Of a DNA stretch of 64,000 bases, positions 9,357 to 19,943 are shown in pieces; position 1 is the first letter of the stretch; each line of letters starts with the position of its first letter. This stretch comes from Porphyridium purpureum (taxonomy: Eukaryota): contig VRMN01000002.1 in the NCBI GenBank assembly GCA_008690995.1, positions 1,054,001 through 1,118,000 on the forward strand, in the 5' to 3' direction. Below the pieces are notes generated by a model, which searched no databases, had not been told where the DNA came from, and saw only the letters and a program-made list of their open reading frames with translations. The position numbers and the translations under genes are program-made.

Positions 9357-12300
9357 AGAGGTTCCTCGGACAGTCAGAGGGAAAGGAGGCTCGCAGACGT
9401 TACGAGACCTCTAGGGGCGGCAATGAAGACCGCTGTGGTGGCCTTGGTAAGCCAAGGTCTGGCTGTCCGACACCTTGTGGGCGAAACTCGAGCGCAAATC
9501 AGCCCGTGATCAAGGAACTTGGAGGGATGGGAGCTGCCATGCTTCTTCGAGTTCGAGGAAAAGTGCACAAGTCCGACGGAGAGGCCACGTTTTTGATTGA
9601 CAGTGGCGCGACGGACAACTTCATGAGCGTGGACTTTGTGCTGAAATCCGACGGCCTGAAGCAGAAGGCGTCGTGGAAGAGAGATCATGTGACCCTAGCG
9701 GATGGGTCTGTATTGGAAACAGCCGGAGAAGTTTCCAATGTCAAGTTTGAACTGAGCGATGGGTACTCAGGGGCCGCTAACTTTGCCATTTGCCGGATTG
9801 CGGGACAAGACGCAATCTTGGGCATGGAGTGGCTGAAGCGGGAGAACCCAGTGATTGATTGGCAGTCTGGCATGTTGGCCTACGGAGAGAAGAAGGCCTG
9901 GAGCATGACGCAGATGCTGGTGCCGCGGAAAGAGCTCCGTCGGCTGTTGAAGAGTCAGGAGGTAGAAGAGTGCTACCTCGGCGTGCTGAAAGGAAGGGAG
10001 GAGCCCTGTTCAGTGGAGCGCAAAGGAGATGACTCTGTGAAGAAGATGCTCAAAGATTTCGAAAGTCTGTTCGAGGAGCCACGAGGGCTGCCTGAGAGCC
10101 GAACAGTGGAGCATGTGATTAGGCTGAAAGATGAGAAGCCTGTGAGAGTGGGCAGGGTCTACCGACTGAGCCCTGCGGAGTTGAAAGTCCTCCGAGAGAC
10201 TTTGGATGACTTGCTGGACAAAGGATTCGTCCAGCCGAGTCAGAGCCCGTTTGGAGCACCCGTGCTGTTCGTGAAGAAGAAAGACGGCAGCATGAGGATG
10301 TGCGTCGATTATCGGGCGTTGAACGACGCGACTGTGAAGGACCGGTATCCGTTGCCGAACATGGATGAGTTGCTGGATCGACTGGGCGCAGCTCACTGTT
10401 TCTCAAAGTTGGATTTGGCATCGGGATACCACCAGTTGCGTGTTCGGAGAGAGGACGTGCCGAAGACCGCGTTCCAGACCAGGTACGGACAGTTCGAGTT
10501 CCGTGTGATGCCGTTTGGTCTTTGCAACGCGCCGGCAACTTTTCAGAGGGCCATGAACGAGCTGTTTGCAGATCTGCTGGACAAGACCGTCATTGTCTAC
10601 TTGGACGATATTTTGGTCTTTACCAAGGATAGGCAGTCGCACGGCGAGGTCCTGAAGGAAGTGTTGTCGCGCTTGCAAAAGGCGGGGTATCGGTTGAAGC
10701 GCAAGAAGTGCAGCTTCTTCGTTTCTGAAGTCGAATACCTGGGGAACATTGTCGGGAACGGTTGCGTGAAGATGGATCCACGGAAGGTGGAAGCTTTGAG
10801 AGATTGGCCAGTGCCAAAGACGGTGACGGAGTTGAGATCCTTTTTGGGAATGACAAACTGGTTTCGGAGGTTTGTTAAAGGATACTCTACCGTCGTGGCG
10901 CCGCTGACTTCGCTGTTGCAGAACGCAAAGTCGAAGAAGCAGCTGATCGAACTGGGAGATGAAGGCAAGTCGGCCTTCAAGAAGATTGTGGGGATGTTGA
11001 CGGAAGCGCCGGTGTTGGCCTTGCCAGACCCTGAAAAGCCATTTGAGGTGTACACGGACCGCTCCGAAGTCGCGGTGGGGGATGGCTGGCACAGGAAGGC
11101 AGACCGGTCGCGTTTACGTCGAGGAAGCTGCTGGACCGAGAGACCAGGTACAGCAGCTATGAAGGTGAGCTCATGGCCGTCATTCACTGTCTGCGAGAGT
11201 TTCGACCTTATCTGTACGGGGCAAAGTTTGTGCTGCATACAGATCATGAGGCGTTGAAACATTTGATGACGCAGAAGCAGCTGAATGGCCGGCAAGCACG
11301 GTGGTTGGACTTTTTAGCCGAGTTTGACATCACAATCGACTATGTGAAGGGAAAGTCGAACGTGGTAGCCGATGGTTTGTCGAGAAAGCCAGAGTTGCAT
11401 GCGCTAGAGTACCAAGTTCGGTGTGATGAATTTGGTGCGGGGTTCCAGGCATTCGTGGGTTCGTACTCGAGTGACCCAGACTTTGGTGCTTTGATGGGGG
11501 ATTTACCGACCCACCAAGGCTTTCGAACCGAAGCTGGGCTCTTGTACTTGAGGAATCGCGTTTGCGTGCCGAGGAAGTTCAGAGAGCGTGTCATGCAGCT
11601 CCACCACGATATCCCGACAGCAGGACACCGTGGAGCGGACACAACGTATGCATCTTTGATAACTCGCTTCTACTGGCCAAAGATGAAGCGAGACGTGAGC
11701 CGTTTTGTGAAGACTTGTCACGCGTGCCAAGTGACAAAGTCAGAGAATCGGTCGTTTGGAAAGCTGAAGCCCTTGTCGATCCCAGAAGGACCTTGGGTCG
11801 ACATTTCGATGGACTTTGTGACGGAGCTGCCTCGGAGCGAAGGCAGCTGTGATGCAATCATGACTGTGGTGGATCGCTATTCGAAGATGGCGCTGTTTAT
11901 CCCGACGCGCAAGGACTTGACAGCAAAGCGTTGTGCTGACTTGTTCGTGAAGCACGTCGTGAGCCGTTTCGGATACCCCAAGTCAGTTGTATCGGACCGA
12001 GATCCGCTGTTTACGTCCACGTTTTGGCAGCAGCTGAGCAAGCGGGTGGGCATGAAGTTGGCAATGTCTACCGCCAACCACCCGCAGACAGATGGCCAAA
12101 CTGAGCGAGTGAACCGCGTGATTCGGGAAATGCTCAAGCTGATGGCGACGAATAGTGGCTGGGTGCGAGACTTGCCGTTGTACGAGTTTGCGTACAACTC
12201 TGCACCAAGCAGTGCCACTGGATTCGCGCCGTTCAAAGTGGTGTATGGAAGGGATCCTTGGTTTCCACCGAGCGAAGGGTGGAGGCCTGCGCGCGACGGA

Positions 12301-12732
12301 CAGACAAAGGACATGGCGGAGCACTGGTTTCGCCTGTGCAAAGTCCATGAAGAAGTCCGCGACAATTTGATCGAAGCCCAGGGAGAATGCAGAAGTTCTT
12401 CGATCGACGCAAGGATGCCCGGGAGTTTCAAGTTGGTGATCAAGTGTTGATCACGGCGCCGCAATTGCGGCCGAACAAGAGTGATTTGGCGGCAACCAAA
12501 GTTTCTTGGTCCGGTGCCTGTCATTGAGAAGGTAAGCTCGCATGCTTACCGAGTGATTTTGCCCGAGGGTGTGGCTTGTCATGATGTTTTTCCGATCCAA
12601 CATCTGAAGCCATACTATGGACGCGAAGACTACATGGCAGGGGAAAATGATGAAGAAGTACCCGACGACCTGCCAGCGTCCGATTCTGAGCCAGACTTGT
12701 TGAAAATTATCGAAGAGTCTGACTCTGAATGA
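9335..12732 (+). pseudogene. pol: Pol of element A (protease, RT, RNase H, integrase, GPY/F), broken by frameshifts
   Basis: Protease FLIDSGA, RT VYLDD, RNase H split at ~11080, integrase HHCC plus DFV/SDRD/TERVN, GPY/F-like KFLGP. Further frame changes at ~12385 and ~12490. Confidence 0.93.
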
Positions 12733-12851
12733 CTTGGGAATTGTGAGAAGTTTGCTAGGCAGAGGTTTTCTCCCGGAGCGCGGGTTCCTCGAGCCAAGAA
12801 TGCAACTTAGTTTGAAGTCTCGCCGAGACGTCGAGCCAAGAGGGGGGGAGA

Positions 12852-13145
12852 TGTTATCCGTTCGACCCCAGTCACCTAGAACGGTTCGGTTAATCCGAAA
12901 CCGGTAAGCCGTTAAACCGGTAGACCGTTTAACCGTTTCTAGAAGCTTCTAGAGGTTCCAGAACCTTCTAGACGCGCGCAGAAATGCCAATGATTTGCAT
13001 TGTCATTTCTCTTGGCGCCTTGCTGTCCCTGGCGGAAGTAAGGGTATAAAAAGGCGACGCGCCTGCCCGGACTAGCCGGTCAGGTCTTGCTCGGAGACAG
13101 AAGAGGCAAGAAGAAGAGAGAGTAAAAGGCACAGCATTGGTAACA
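12852..13145 (+). repeat. 3' LTR of element A
   Basis: Direct repeat of 7686-7979, preceded by the PPT AAGAGGGGGGGAGA. Confidence 0.97.
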
Positions 13146-13178
13146 CCAGGCGAGAGGAGGCTGGCGCTTAAATAGAGC

Positions 13179-13386
13179 CGCTGCATTGCACTTCGCTTCT
13201 GCCGTGCGGGCACGGCCCTGCGGAGGGGTCGCCCGAGTGGAGGTGAGGGGTCGCGCCCCCTCCCGCGTCTTCGCCGTCGGGCGAACTAGCTGCCCCAACG
13301 GAGCGTCTCCATCCAGCCCGACCGGTTGCGGCGCCCTGGAGACAGGGACCGAACCGCTGCCGGTCTCGCCGTTGGGGCGTACAGCG
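13179..13386 (+). ncRNA. Candidate structured RNA or structured 5' leader with pseudoknot
   Basis: Several GC-rich stems found by eye: 13201-13216 hairpin, 13229-13236/13277-13284, 13292-13301/13369-13378, 13305-13311/13337-13343, and a crossing stem 13320-13331/13354-13365. Family not recognised. Confidence 0.35.
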
Positions 13387-13753
13387 ATGTCATCACACCG
13401 TGCGAGCGTCCAAGCGATTAAAAAAAAGTGCAGTCAAACACACATTCCAGGGGTCATAGAGCATGGACACGAGCGCGCGGCGCGGTTTCATCAGGAGCAC
13501 AGCAATGTCTTTCAGTGGACAAGAGCCCAGCATGATTTGTGGCGTAGTTACGGAGGAATGCATGATGCGGGTGATCACGAACTGATCATTAAGATTTTGC
13601 TCCGTTGCATTAGTACAAAGGTATTTGAATAGCCTCAAAACGGAAAGCAAATGGAGACCCGATAAGAATGACGCAAGAATAAAATGCAAACCGCACCCAA
13701 AGCTTGAAAATGTCCCAAAGCAAGGCCTTCTTTTGCTGCGTTTTTGGTGTGCA

Positions 13754-14810
13754 TGTCACGAACCGTGCTGGCCCAGGACACAGCGGCACACCCAACAGCA
13801 AGCCAAGCGGCACACGCACGCACACAAGCTGGACAATCCACGCAACCAAGAGGAAACACAAGACACCCGCAGTCAACTGGACCTGCGGCAGGCAGGAAAC
13901 CCGGAACCAACGACGCTCACGCACGCTGCTCACCCGCGAGCAGCCAAGAGCACCCACACACGGGACCGACAGAACCAACCAAGAGCAGACACACGGGAAA
14001 GACACAGCCAACCAAGAGCACACGCACGGAGCAGGCACAGCCAACCAAAAGCACACACACGGAAGACGCGCGTAACGGGGGAACCAGGCGTCCGCTGCCC
14101 AACCGGGATCCCGTTCGGCCACACCTTACGGTGATCCGGGACCCGGGGAGGCGTTGTGGGCAGCCGGGGTTAGCCGGAGGAGGTTACCTCACCTTTCGGC
14201 TTCAAACGGCCTATCACTCCTTTATCCGCCCCCGCCCACGTACCACCCCCGGATCCACTTCCGAACAAGGACCGTCTAATGACGCCTTACCCCAGGGCAT
14301 CCGCGAACCTTCCCCGTTAAACCCCCCGCTCGCTCGCTCGCGCTGTACTCCCGCCGTACCCCCGCCGTACCCCCGCCGTACCCCCGCTGTACTCCCGCTG
14401 TACCCCCGCTCCCTCAACAGGTACCCAAGGCCCGAACACGCTCCCTTGAATACACCTGTTTTTACTTAGATCCACCTTACTCCTTCTGTCTCCCGACCCC
14501 CCTCTCCCCCCCTTGGTTGCCGACCCGCGCGTCTTTTTATACCCATCGCGACCACTGTACCCCCGAGGTACAGTGCCTTGCTGTCGCTGAGTCTAGAACC
14601 TTCCAGAAGGTTCCAGCCACCTCCTGGCTGTACACCCATTCCATACTGGGTGGTCATCGCGCGTCTGGTCCCTAAGGGAAGGGGCCTTCAGGCCTACCAC
14701 GCGCCCCCTTGTACACCTACAGTACAGTGGGTCCGGCGCGACCAGGTATCCGGCCACGGACTATGGCTATTTTTAATCATTTCCTTAACACACGGGCTAC
14801 TCCCGTGACA
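13754..14810 (-). repeat. 3' LTR of element B
   Basis: Near-identical to 19944-21000 (4 substitutions and 2 single-base indels by eye). Contains ~33-bp CA-rich repeats (~13940-14065) and 11-bp GTACYCCCGCY tandem repeats (~14344-14410). Confidence 0.97.
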
Positions 14811-15049
14811 TCCCACCCTCTCCGCTTCCCAATGTCAGGTATCACATGGTCCGAAGCTTCCGGAGAGTCACTTCATACTTACAGCACATGCCAATGCTTG
14901 ACGCGTCCGGCATCCACGTCTCAAGCTCGATGTCGCCCGTGCACTGGCCATCGGCTTCGTGTGCCCGTCTTGGCAACGTAAGTACTCGAAGAGGACGTCC
15001 GTCCACGTGGCCCTCCACCCGGCCGGTGTGTCCGAGGTTCCGCCACTGG

Positions 15050-18000
15050 TCACGCGTCACGGTAGGCAGCCACCATCATTGGTAGCAATGCGAGCTCAGG
15101 TTCCCACGTATCCCCACGTTTACCGAGTCCTCGCCATCTAACTCTGTACTCTCGGCGTCCGCCCACAACCCGATCCCCGGCTATAGCCTCTATAGCCCAG
15201 CTGCCGTCTTCTCCTTGCAAGACTTGGGATCCACTTGCCTCAAGGAGGTCCTTGTGGGCCCGAGCAAGCCGGTTCACGTGGACCAACTTCCCGTCAGGAT
15301 GGCCTTCACTGCACAGTACTGCATGAACCCCGACCATTCTCAGGATGGATAGTGGTCCTACCCACGGCTTTTTCAGCTTGCGCCCTTCTCCTGAAGGCGG
15401 CGCCCAAACGTACACCACGTCGCCCGGCTTGAAGTCATGTTCCCTGACTCGGCGATCATAATTCTTCGTGTACGGATCCTGTGCGATCTTCGCATTCTTA
15501 TTGGCAATGGCGTGACATGCAGCAAGCTTCTTCGCGAGGTCATCTGCTTGTTCAACAGCTCTGGGTCCCGCCATACTTGCCCAGTCCCGCGCCGGCTCAC
15601 CATACAACAGTTCAAACGGAGACATCTTCGTGGATGCATGCCGGGCTGTATTATACGCATACACCATTACCGGCAACCAGCGATCCCAGTCTTTTCCGTT
15701 CGCACACACGTATGCCGACAACATTTGACACACTGTCTGGTTAAAGCGCTCCACAACCCCGTTCGTCTGCGGATGGTATGCTGTCGTAAGCATACGTCCT
15801 ACACCCAGATTTTCACACATTTTTGAAAGGATGTCGGCTACAAAGCCCGGTCCGCGGTCGGACAGCAGAGATTCTGGCGGTCCAAAATCGCACACCCAAC
15901 CGTCTAGGAAAACACGTGCCAGTGTAGCCGCAGTCTCATCCTTGACTGCATGGGCACGAACCCACTTTGTGAAGGCGTCCACCATGATTACCACTTTGCT
16001 GTGCCCGCGAGTTGTTGTCGGTGTGATACTCAGAACATCTATCGAGACAATCTCGAAACGTCTCACCGCGCGATAGACTTGCATGCGAGCCCTTCTCGGG
16101 GGCGCCTTTGTTTTCCTTGAAAAGCACTCATGGCAACAAAGAACAAACTGACGAACATCTTCCGTCCAACCGGTCCACCAGTATCGTGCATCCGAGACCC
16201 GCTTTGCAGTCTTTTCTATTCCAAGGTGCCCTGAAAGTGGCGTGCTGTGATACACATGCAGGACGCGCTGCACCAGAGCGTTTGGTATCACGACCCTGGA
16301 CTCATCGCGAAGCATAGCCCAGATGACTCCATCCTCATCAACGGTGTACTCCGGGTACGTGTATTCGGGCTTGTCTGCTTTCAGATTCTTCAACTGTTCC
16401 TGAATGTCCGTGTCGTCTGCGTATGCAGCCACGATCTCTTCCATCGAAGGTGGTGTGTACGCATCGTTCGCTTCTGTATGCTCGCCAGTATGAAGCAGCA
16501 GCTCTCGCACTCCGGCCGATGTGACAGGGACCATACCCCCATCGGCCCCCGAAGCTGGACCCTGAATCTCTTCCTGCAGCATTTCAGCCAACCGAACTAC
16601 TCGCTTCACTTCCTCATCCTCAACAGCATTCAGTCCAATGAGCTCGATTTCGCTCGTGTTGTTGAGAGTCTCAGGCTTATTGCTCTCGCTCGCCACCCGA
16701 GCCTCTTCCTCATTCATACGTACAGCTGGACGCGAAAGCGCATCTGCCACTGTATTCGCCTTGCCCGGATGATGCTGAACCTGGAAGTCGAAGTCCTGTA
16801 CCTTGAGAATCCATCGCGCAATCCGACCTTGAGGCTCCTTTTGCCTCATGAGCCAGCTCAATGCGCTGTGGTCAGTCATGAGCACGAATCGTTTGCCGTA
16901 CAAGTAATGCCTGAAGTGCTCCATGGCTGCAATGGCGGCCAAGCACTCCTTCTCCGTCACGGTATAGTTCTGCTCGGCCGGTCTCAGAAGCCTCGAGTAA
17001 AATGCCACTGGACGATCGCCAGTACCCTCCCTCTGCGTCAACATTGCTCCCAAGCCAGTGCTAGAAGCGTCTGTCCACAGCGTATGCTCTGCTTCTGGGT
17101 CGTATGCAGCCAAAACCTTTCGATCTCCAGTTTCTGGATCACTGAGTGCTTCCCGCAGCGATAGAAATGCCTGACGCTGAGGCTCACCAAATCGTGCCTG
17201 CCAATCCGCCGAGTTCATAGGGTATTTCTTCCACTTGCTTCCTTTGGCGTTGATTTGAAGCCCCTTCATAGCATCCCTAAGAGGTCTGCAGACTTCCTCA
17301 AATCCCTCGATAAAATTGCGGAACCACCCCACGAGCCCAATGAACTGCTGCAGTTCCTTTGCATTCCTCGGCTCCTGCCATGCTCGCACAGCCTCCGTCT
17401 TCCTCTGGCTCGGCCTTATACCGTCCAGGCCAATATCATGTCCAAGAAACTCGACCCTTAAAGCCCCAAATCTGCACTTCGACAATGAGAACACCAAGCC
17501 CGCAGCGCAGAATTGCTCCAGCACCCGCTGCAGCGCTTGCAAGTGCTCTTCAAAAGTCTTTGTCCCGATTGCCAAATCATCAATGTAAACCAATGCATTC
17601 AGGTACCTGAGCGGGCCCAGGACCGTATTTGTCAATCGCTGGAAGGTACTTGGGCTATTACAGCAACCCTGAGGTAATCGACAGTATTGAAACAGCCCGT
17701 CCGGAGTGATAATTGCTGTCAATGGTCGGCTCTCGGGGGCCAGAGGGACCTGGAAGAAGCCATCCTTCCGATCCAGGATACTCTTGAACTTCCACGATGC
17801 AAACCAGTCGATCATCTCTCCCACGTCCGGAATGGGATATCGATCTTTGACAGTCGCATCATTAAGCGTTCGGAAGTCTGTCGTCAGACGCCAGCCGCCA
17901 TTCGGCTTCTTGACCATGACATTCTGGCTCGACACATCTGACAAACTCGGCTCCAGCACTCCTCGGGCGACCAGCCCTTGCACCATCTCGCGCTCAGCCT

Positions 18001-18835
18001 GCGTCACCGCAGGAGCCCTGCGACGTAACCTTGCCCTGGGGAGATCCTCCAAACGCTCTGCCTTGATGCGGATCGTATGCTCGACGAGGTCTGTCTTACC
18101 CAGCTCCGGCCGGAAGAGAACCCAAAACTTCTTCAAGAGCCCCTTCATCTCCCTGCTTTGCGCTTCATCCAAATGCTCAAAGATCTTGGCTTCAATGGTA
18201 GAACAAACAGCCTCGTTGTGACCTGCATACTTTTCTTCGAGGGCCTGGATTCGCTTCTTCACTTCTGCTCCATCAGCAATATAGTGCACCGCCTCCAACT
18301 GCACCGTGGGTTTGGCTTCCTCATACATCGATCCCAGGATCCTGTGTCTTTCCAGGCATGTATGACACACGGCTTCCTGTGTACTGGAAACGTCTCGGTT
18401 GACAAAAGTAATCCATCCGCCCGAGCGTAGGCCCAGACCCTTTCCCGGGATCAAGCAACTGACATGCTTGGCAAGAAAACGCATTCCCAGTATGAGATCA
18501 GGTCCGAGGTTCCTCATAATCCGGACGCTTTCCTCCGACTGAACTCCCTCACCAACCCAAATTGTGGCAACGCTCTCCTCGGCCTCCCCCAACACCTCAT
18601 TGGTTGGACCCAATGCCTGTGTGTGGGTCTTTCTACGAAGAAGCCCAAGACGGTCAGCCAAATCGTCGTTCATCCACGTGGATAAAGCCCCCGTATCAAC
18701 CAGCGCAGTAGTCCGAACCTTCAGGACTCCCCATTCAGCCTGTACGTCTATCCATGGATACGAGCCCAGTGGGACTGCCTCCGACAATCCTTCAGATTCC
18801 GGGGGGCCTTCGTATCCCCCCGCTACTCGTTTTTT
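15050..18835 (-). CDS. pol: Pol of element B (protease, RT, RNase H, integrase, chromodomain), via -1 frameshift
   Basis: Uninterrupted frame with ALVDTGA, VYIDD, WTDAS, HHCC, SIDV/SDRG/VERFN, KPWVGP and a C-terminal chromodomain EYRVRWRG...DTWEP. Confidence 0.95.
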   Translation of the reverse strand, partial: KKRVAGGYEGPPESEGLSEAVPLGSYPWIDVQAEWGVLKVRTTALVDTGALSTWMNDDLADRLGLLRRKTHTQALGPTNEVLGEAEESVATIWVGEGVQSEESVRIMRNLGPDLILGMRFLAKHVSCLIPGKGLGLRSGGWITFVNRDVSSTQEAVCHTCLERHRILGSMYEEAKPTVQLEAVHYIADGAEVKKRIQALEEKYAGHNEAVCSTIEAKIFEHLDEAQSREMKGLLKKFWVLFRPELGKTDLVEHTIRIKAERLEDLPRARLRRRAPAVTQAEREMVQGLVARGVLEPSLSDVSSQNVMVKKPNGGWRLTTDFRTLNDATVKDRYPIPDVGEMIDWFASWKFKSILDRKDGFFQVPLAPESRPLTAIITPDGLFQYCRLPQGCCNSPSTFQRLTNTVLGPLRYLNALVYIDDLAIGTKTFEEHLQALQRVLEQFCAAGLVFSLSKCRFGALRVEFLGHDIGLDGIRPSQRKTEAVRAWQEPRNAKELQQFIGLVGWFRNFIEGFEEVCRPLRDAMKGLQINAKGSKWKKYPMNSADWQARFGEPQRQAFLSLREALSDPETGDRKVLAAYDPEAEHTLWTDASSTGLGAMLTQREGTGDRPVAFYSRLLRPAEQNYTVTEKECLAAIAAMEHFRHYLYGKRFVLMTDHSALSWLMRQKEPQGRIARWILKVQDFDFQVQHHPGKANTVADALSRPAVRMNEEEARVASESNKPETLNNTSEIELIGLNAVEDEEVKRVVRLAEMLQEEIQGPASGADGGMVPVTSAGVRELLLHTGEHTEANDAYTPPSMEEIVAAYADDTDIQEQLKNLKADKPEYTYPEYTVDEDGVIWAMLRDESRVVIPNALVQRVLHVYHSTPLSGHLGIEKTAKRVSDARYWWTGWTEDVRQFVLCCHECFSRKTKAPPRRARMQVYRAVRRFEIVSIDVLSITPTTTRGHSKVVIMVDAFTKWVRAHAVKDETAATLARVFLDGWVCDFGPPESLLSDRGPGFVADILSKMCENLGVGRMLTTAYHPQTNGVVERFNQTVCQMLSAYVCANGKDWDRWLPVMVYAYNTARHASTKMSPFELLYGEPARDWASMAGPRAVEQADDLAKKLAACHAIANKNAKIAQDPYTKNYDRRVREHDFKPGDVVYVWAPPSGEGRKLKKPWVGPLSILRMVGVHAVLCSEGHPDGKLVHVNRLARAHKDLLEASGSQVLQGEDGSWAIEAIAGDRVVGGRREYRVRWRGLGKRGDTWEPELALLPMMVAAYRDA

Positions 18836-19764
18836 GTCTGGCGTTCTTCGGTCCTCTGCCTCTTATTTTTCTCCCACTTTGGGCACTCCATGCGAACGTG
18901 GCCCCGCTCCTGGCACTCCCAGCACTTGACCAGTCGCTTGCGAGGATTCAACCCAGGGAGCCCAGCTTCATCAAAGTTACCCAAATGGTGCACGCGCTCG
19001 GGCTTCCTCACTGCCCTTACACCGTACTGTGAGCCAAGCGCACCAAAGGTTCCATACTGACCAGCCTCCTCCAACAGAGCAGTCTTCATCAAGGTCCAGT
19101 TCCCCTGTATGCCGTACGTCCTGGCCTGACGACGCAGCTCGGAGTTTTTCGGAAGCGCCAACGTAAGTGCCTCAATCTTGCGAGTGTCAGATTCTCCCAG
19201 AGCCGTGCAGCGATCCTCCAGAACCTCCACGAATTTCTTCAAGTCCTGGCCAATGACATACTCAACATCGTGATGCTCTGCACGAAGGGCGCGCTCGTGC
19301 TCCTTGTTGTAGAAGTAAGCAGCCACAGCCGCCCATGCCTCTTGTGCTGTTGCACCGTGCAACTCCGACAGGACCTCGTAGCATTTCCTCAGCCCCACCC
19401 CGCGGAAAACTGCATCAATCGAGGATACATGTTGGTCTGGATCCTCTCCCATGTCATGCAGGCGATTGAACCAGACCATCTTGGCGGTCAGAAAAAGTGG
19501 ATCACCGGCCTTCTCAATCTGCACGCCCGCGTCACAAATAGCCTGGCCCAGTTGAGAACGAATCTTGCCGCGCACAATGGCGGGGACACCCTCTTCCTTC
19601 TGCTGAACACTCACAACCCCATGACTTCCTATCTCGTCACCACGAGCCGTGGGCATTGTCGGCTCTGGTGCCAGCGCGCCAGCCTGTGCACGTTCCAGCT
19701 CGCTCGAGGACGCGTGCTCTCGCGCATCGTCTGAGCCCATCGTCGTCTTCCTGCCACGCACCAT
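18823..19764 (-). CDS. gag: Gag of element B
   Basis: ORF upstream of pol with the knuckle CWECQERGHVRMEC. First ATG at 19764. Confidence 0.88.
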   Translation of the reverse strand: MVRGRKTTMGSDDAREHASSSELERAQAGALAPEPTMPTARGDEIGSHGVVSVQQKEEGVPAIVRGKIRSQLGQAICDAGVQIEKAGDPLFLTAKMVWFNRLHDMGEDPDQHVSSIDAVFRGVGLRKCYEVLSELHGATAQEAWAAVAAYFYNKEHERALRAEHHDVEYVIGQDLKKFVEVLEDRCTALGESDTRKIEALTLALPKNSELRRQARTYGIQGNWTLMKTALLEEAGQYGTFGALGSQYGVRAVRKPERVHHLGNFDEAGLPGLNPRKRLVKCWECQERGHVRMECPKWEKNKRQRTEERQTKNE

Positions 19765-19943
19765 TTCTGCGACTTCGTTCCTGCTCCGAATCCTCTCTCG
19801 CAATCCTTCACTCGGTGACCGTACGTATCAGAATGTGGACACAAGTTTGCCCAAGATCAAGACCGATCTCACGTCCACACCCCACCCTCTCTCGCACCAA
19901 CGTCAGATGCCACGCAATCCTGGAAGATAATTTCCGGAAATTA

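Larger units (their letters stand above)
7686..13145 (+). mobile_element. Ty3/gypsy LTR retrotransposon (element A), full length, pol frameshifted
   Basis: 294-bp LTRs (TGTTA...TAACA) at 7686-7979 and 12852-13145. 5-bp TSD CCAGG at 7681-7685 and 13146-13150. PBS TGGTATCA at 7982, PPT at ~12838-12851. Domain order gag-PR-RT-RH-IN. Confidence 0.97.

Noticed and set aside
14344..14410. Regular 11-bp repeats, and ~33-bp repeats at 13940-14065, as a possible CRISPR-like array
   Set aside because: Head-to-tail tandem repeats without unique spacers, inside an LTR and duplicated with it.
13610..14469. Several 120-240 aa ORFs within LTR B, repeated at 19656-20638
   Set aside because: Low-complexity translations of CA-rich LTR repeats with no domain signal.
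16247..17164. 305-aa antisense ORF inside element B
   Set aside because: Mirror of pol; long antisense frames are expected in GC-rich coding DNA.
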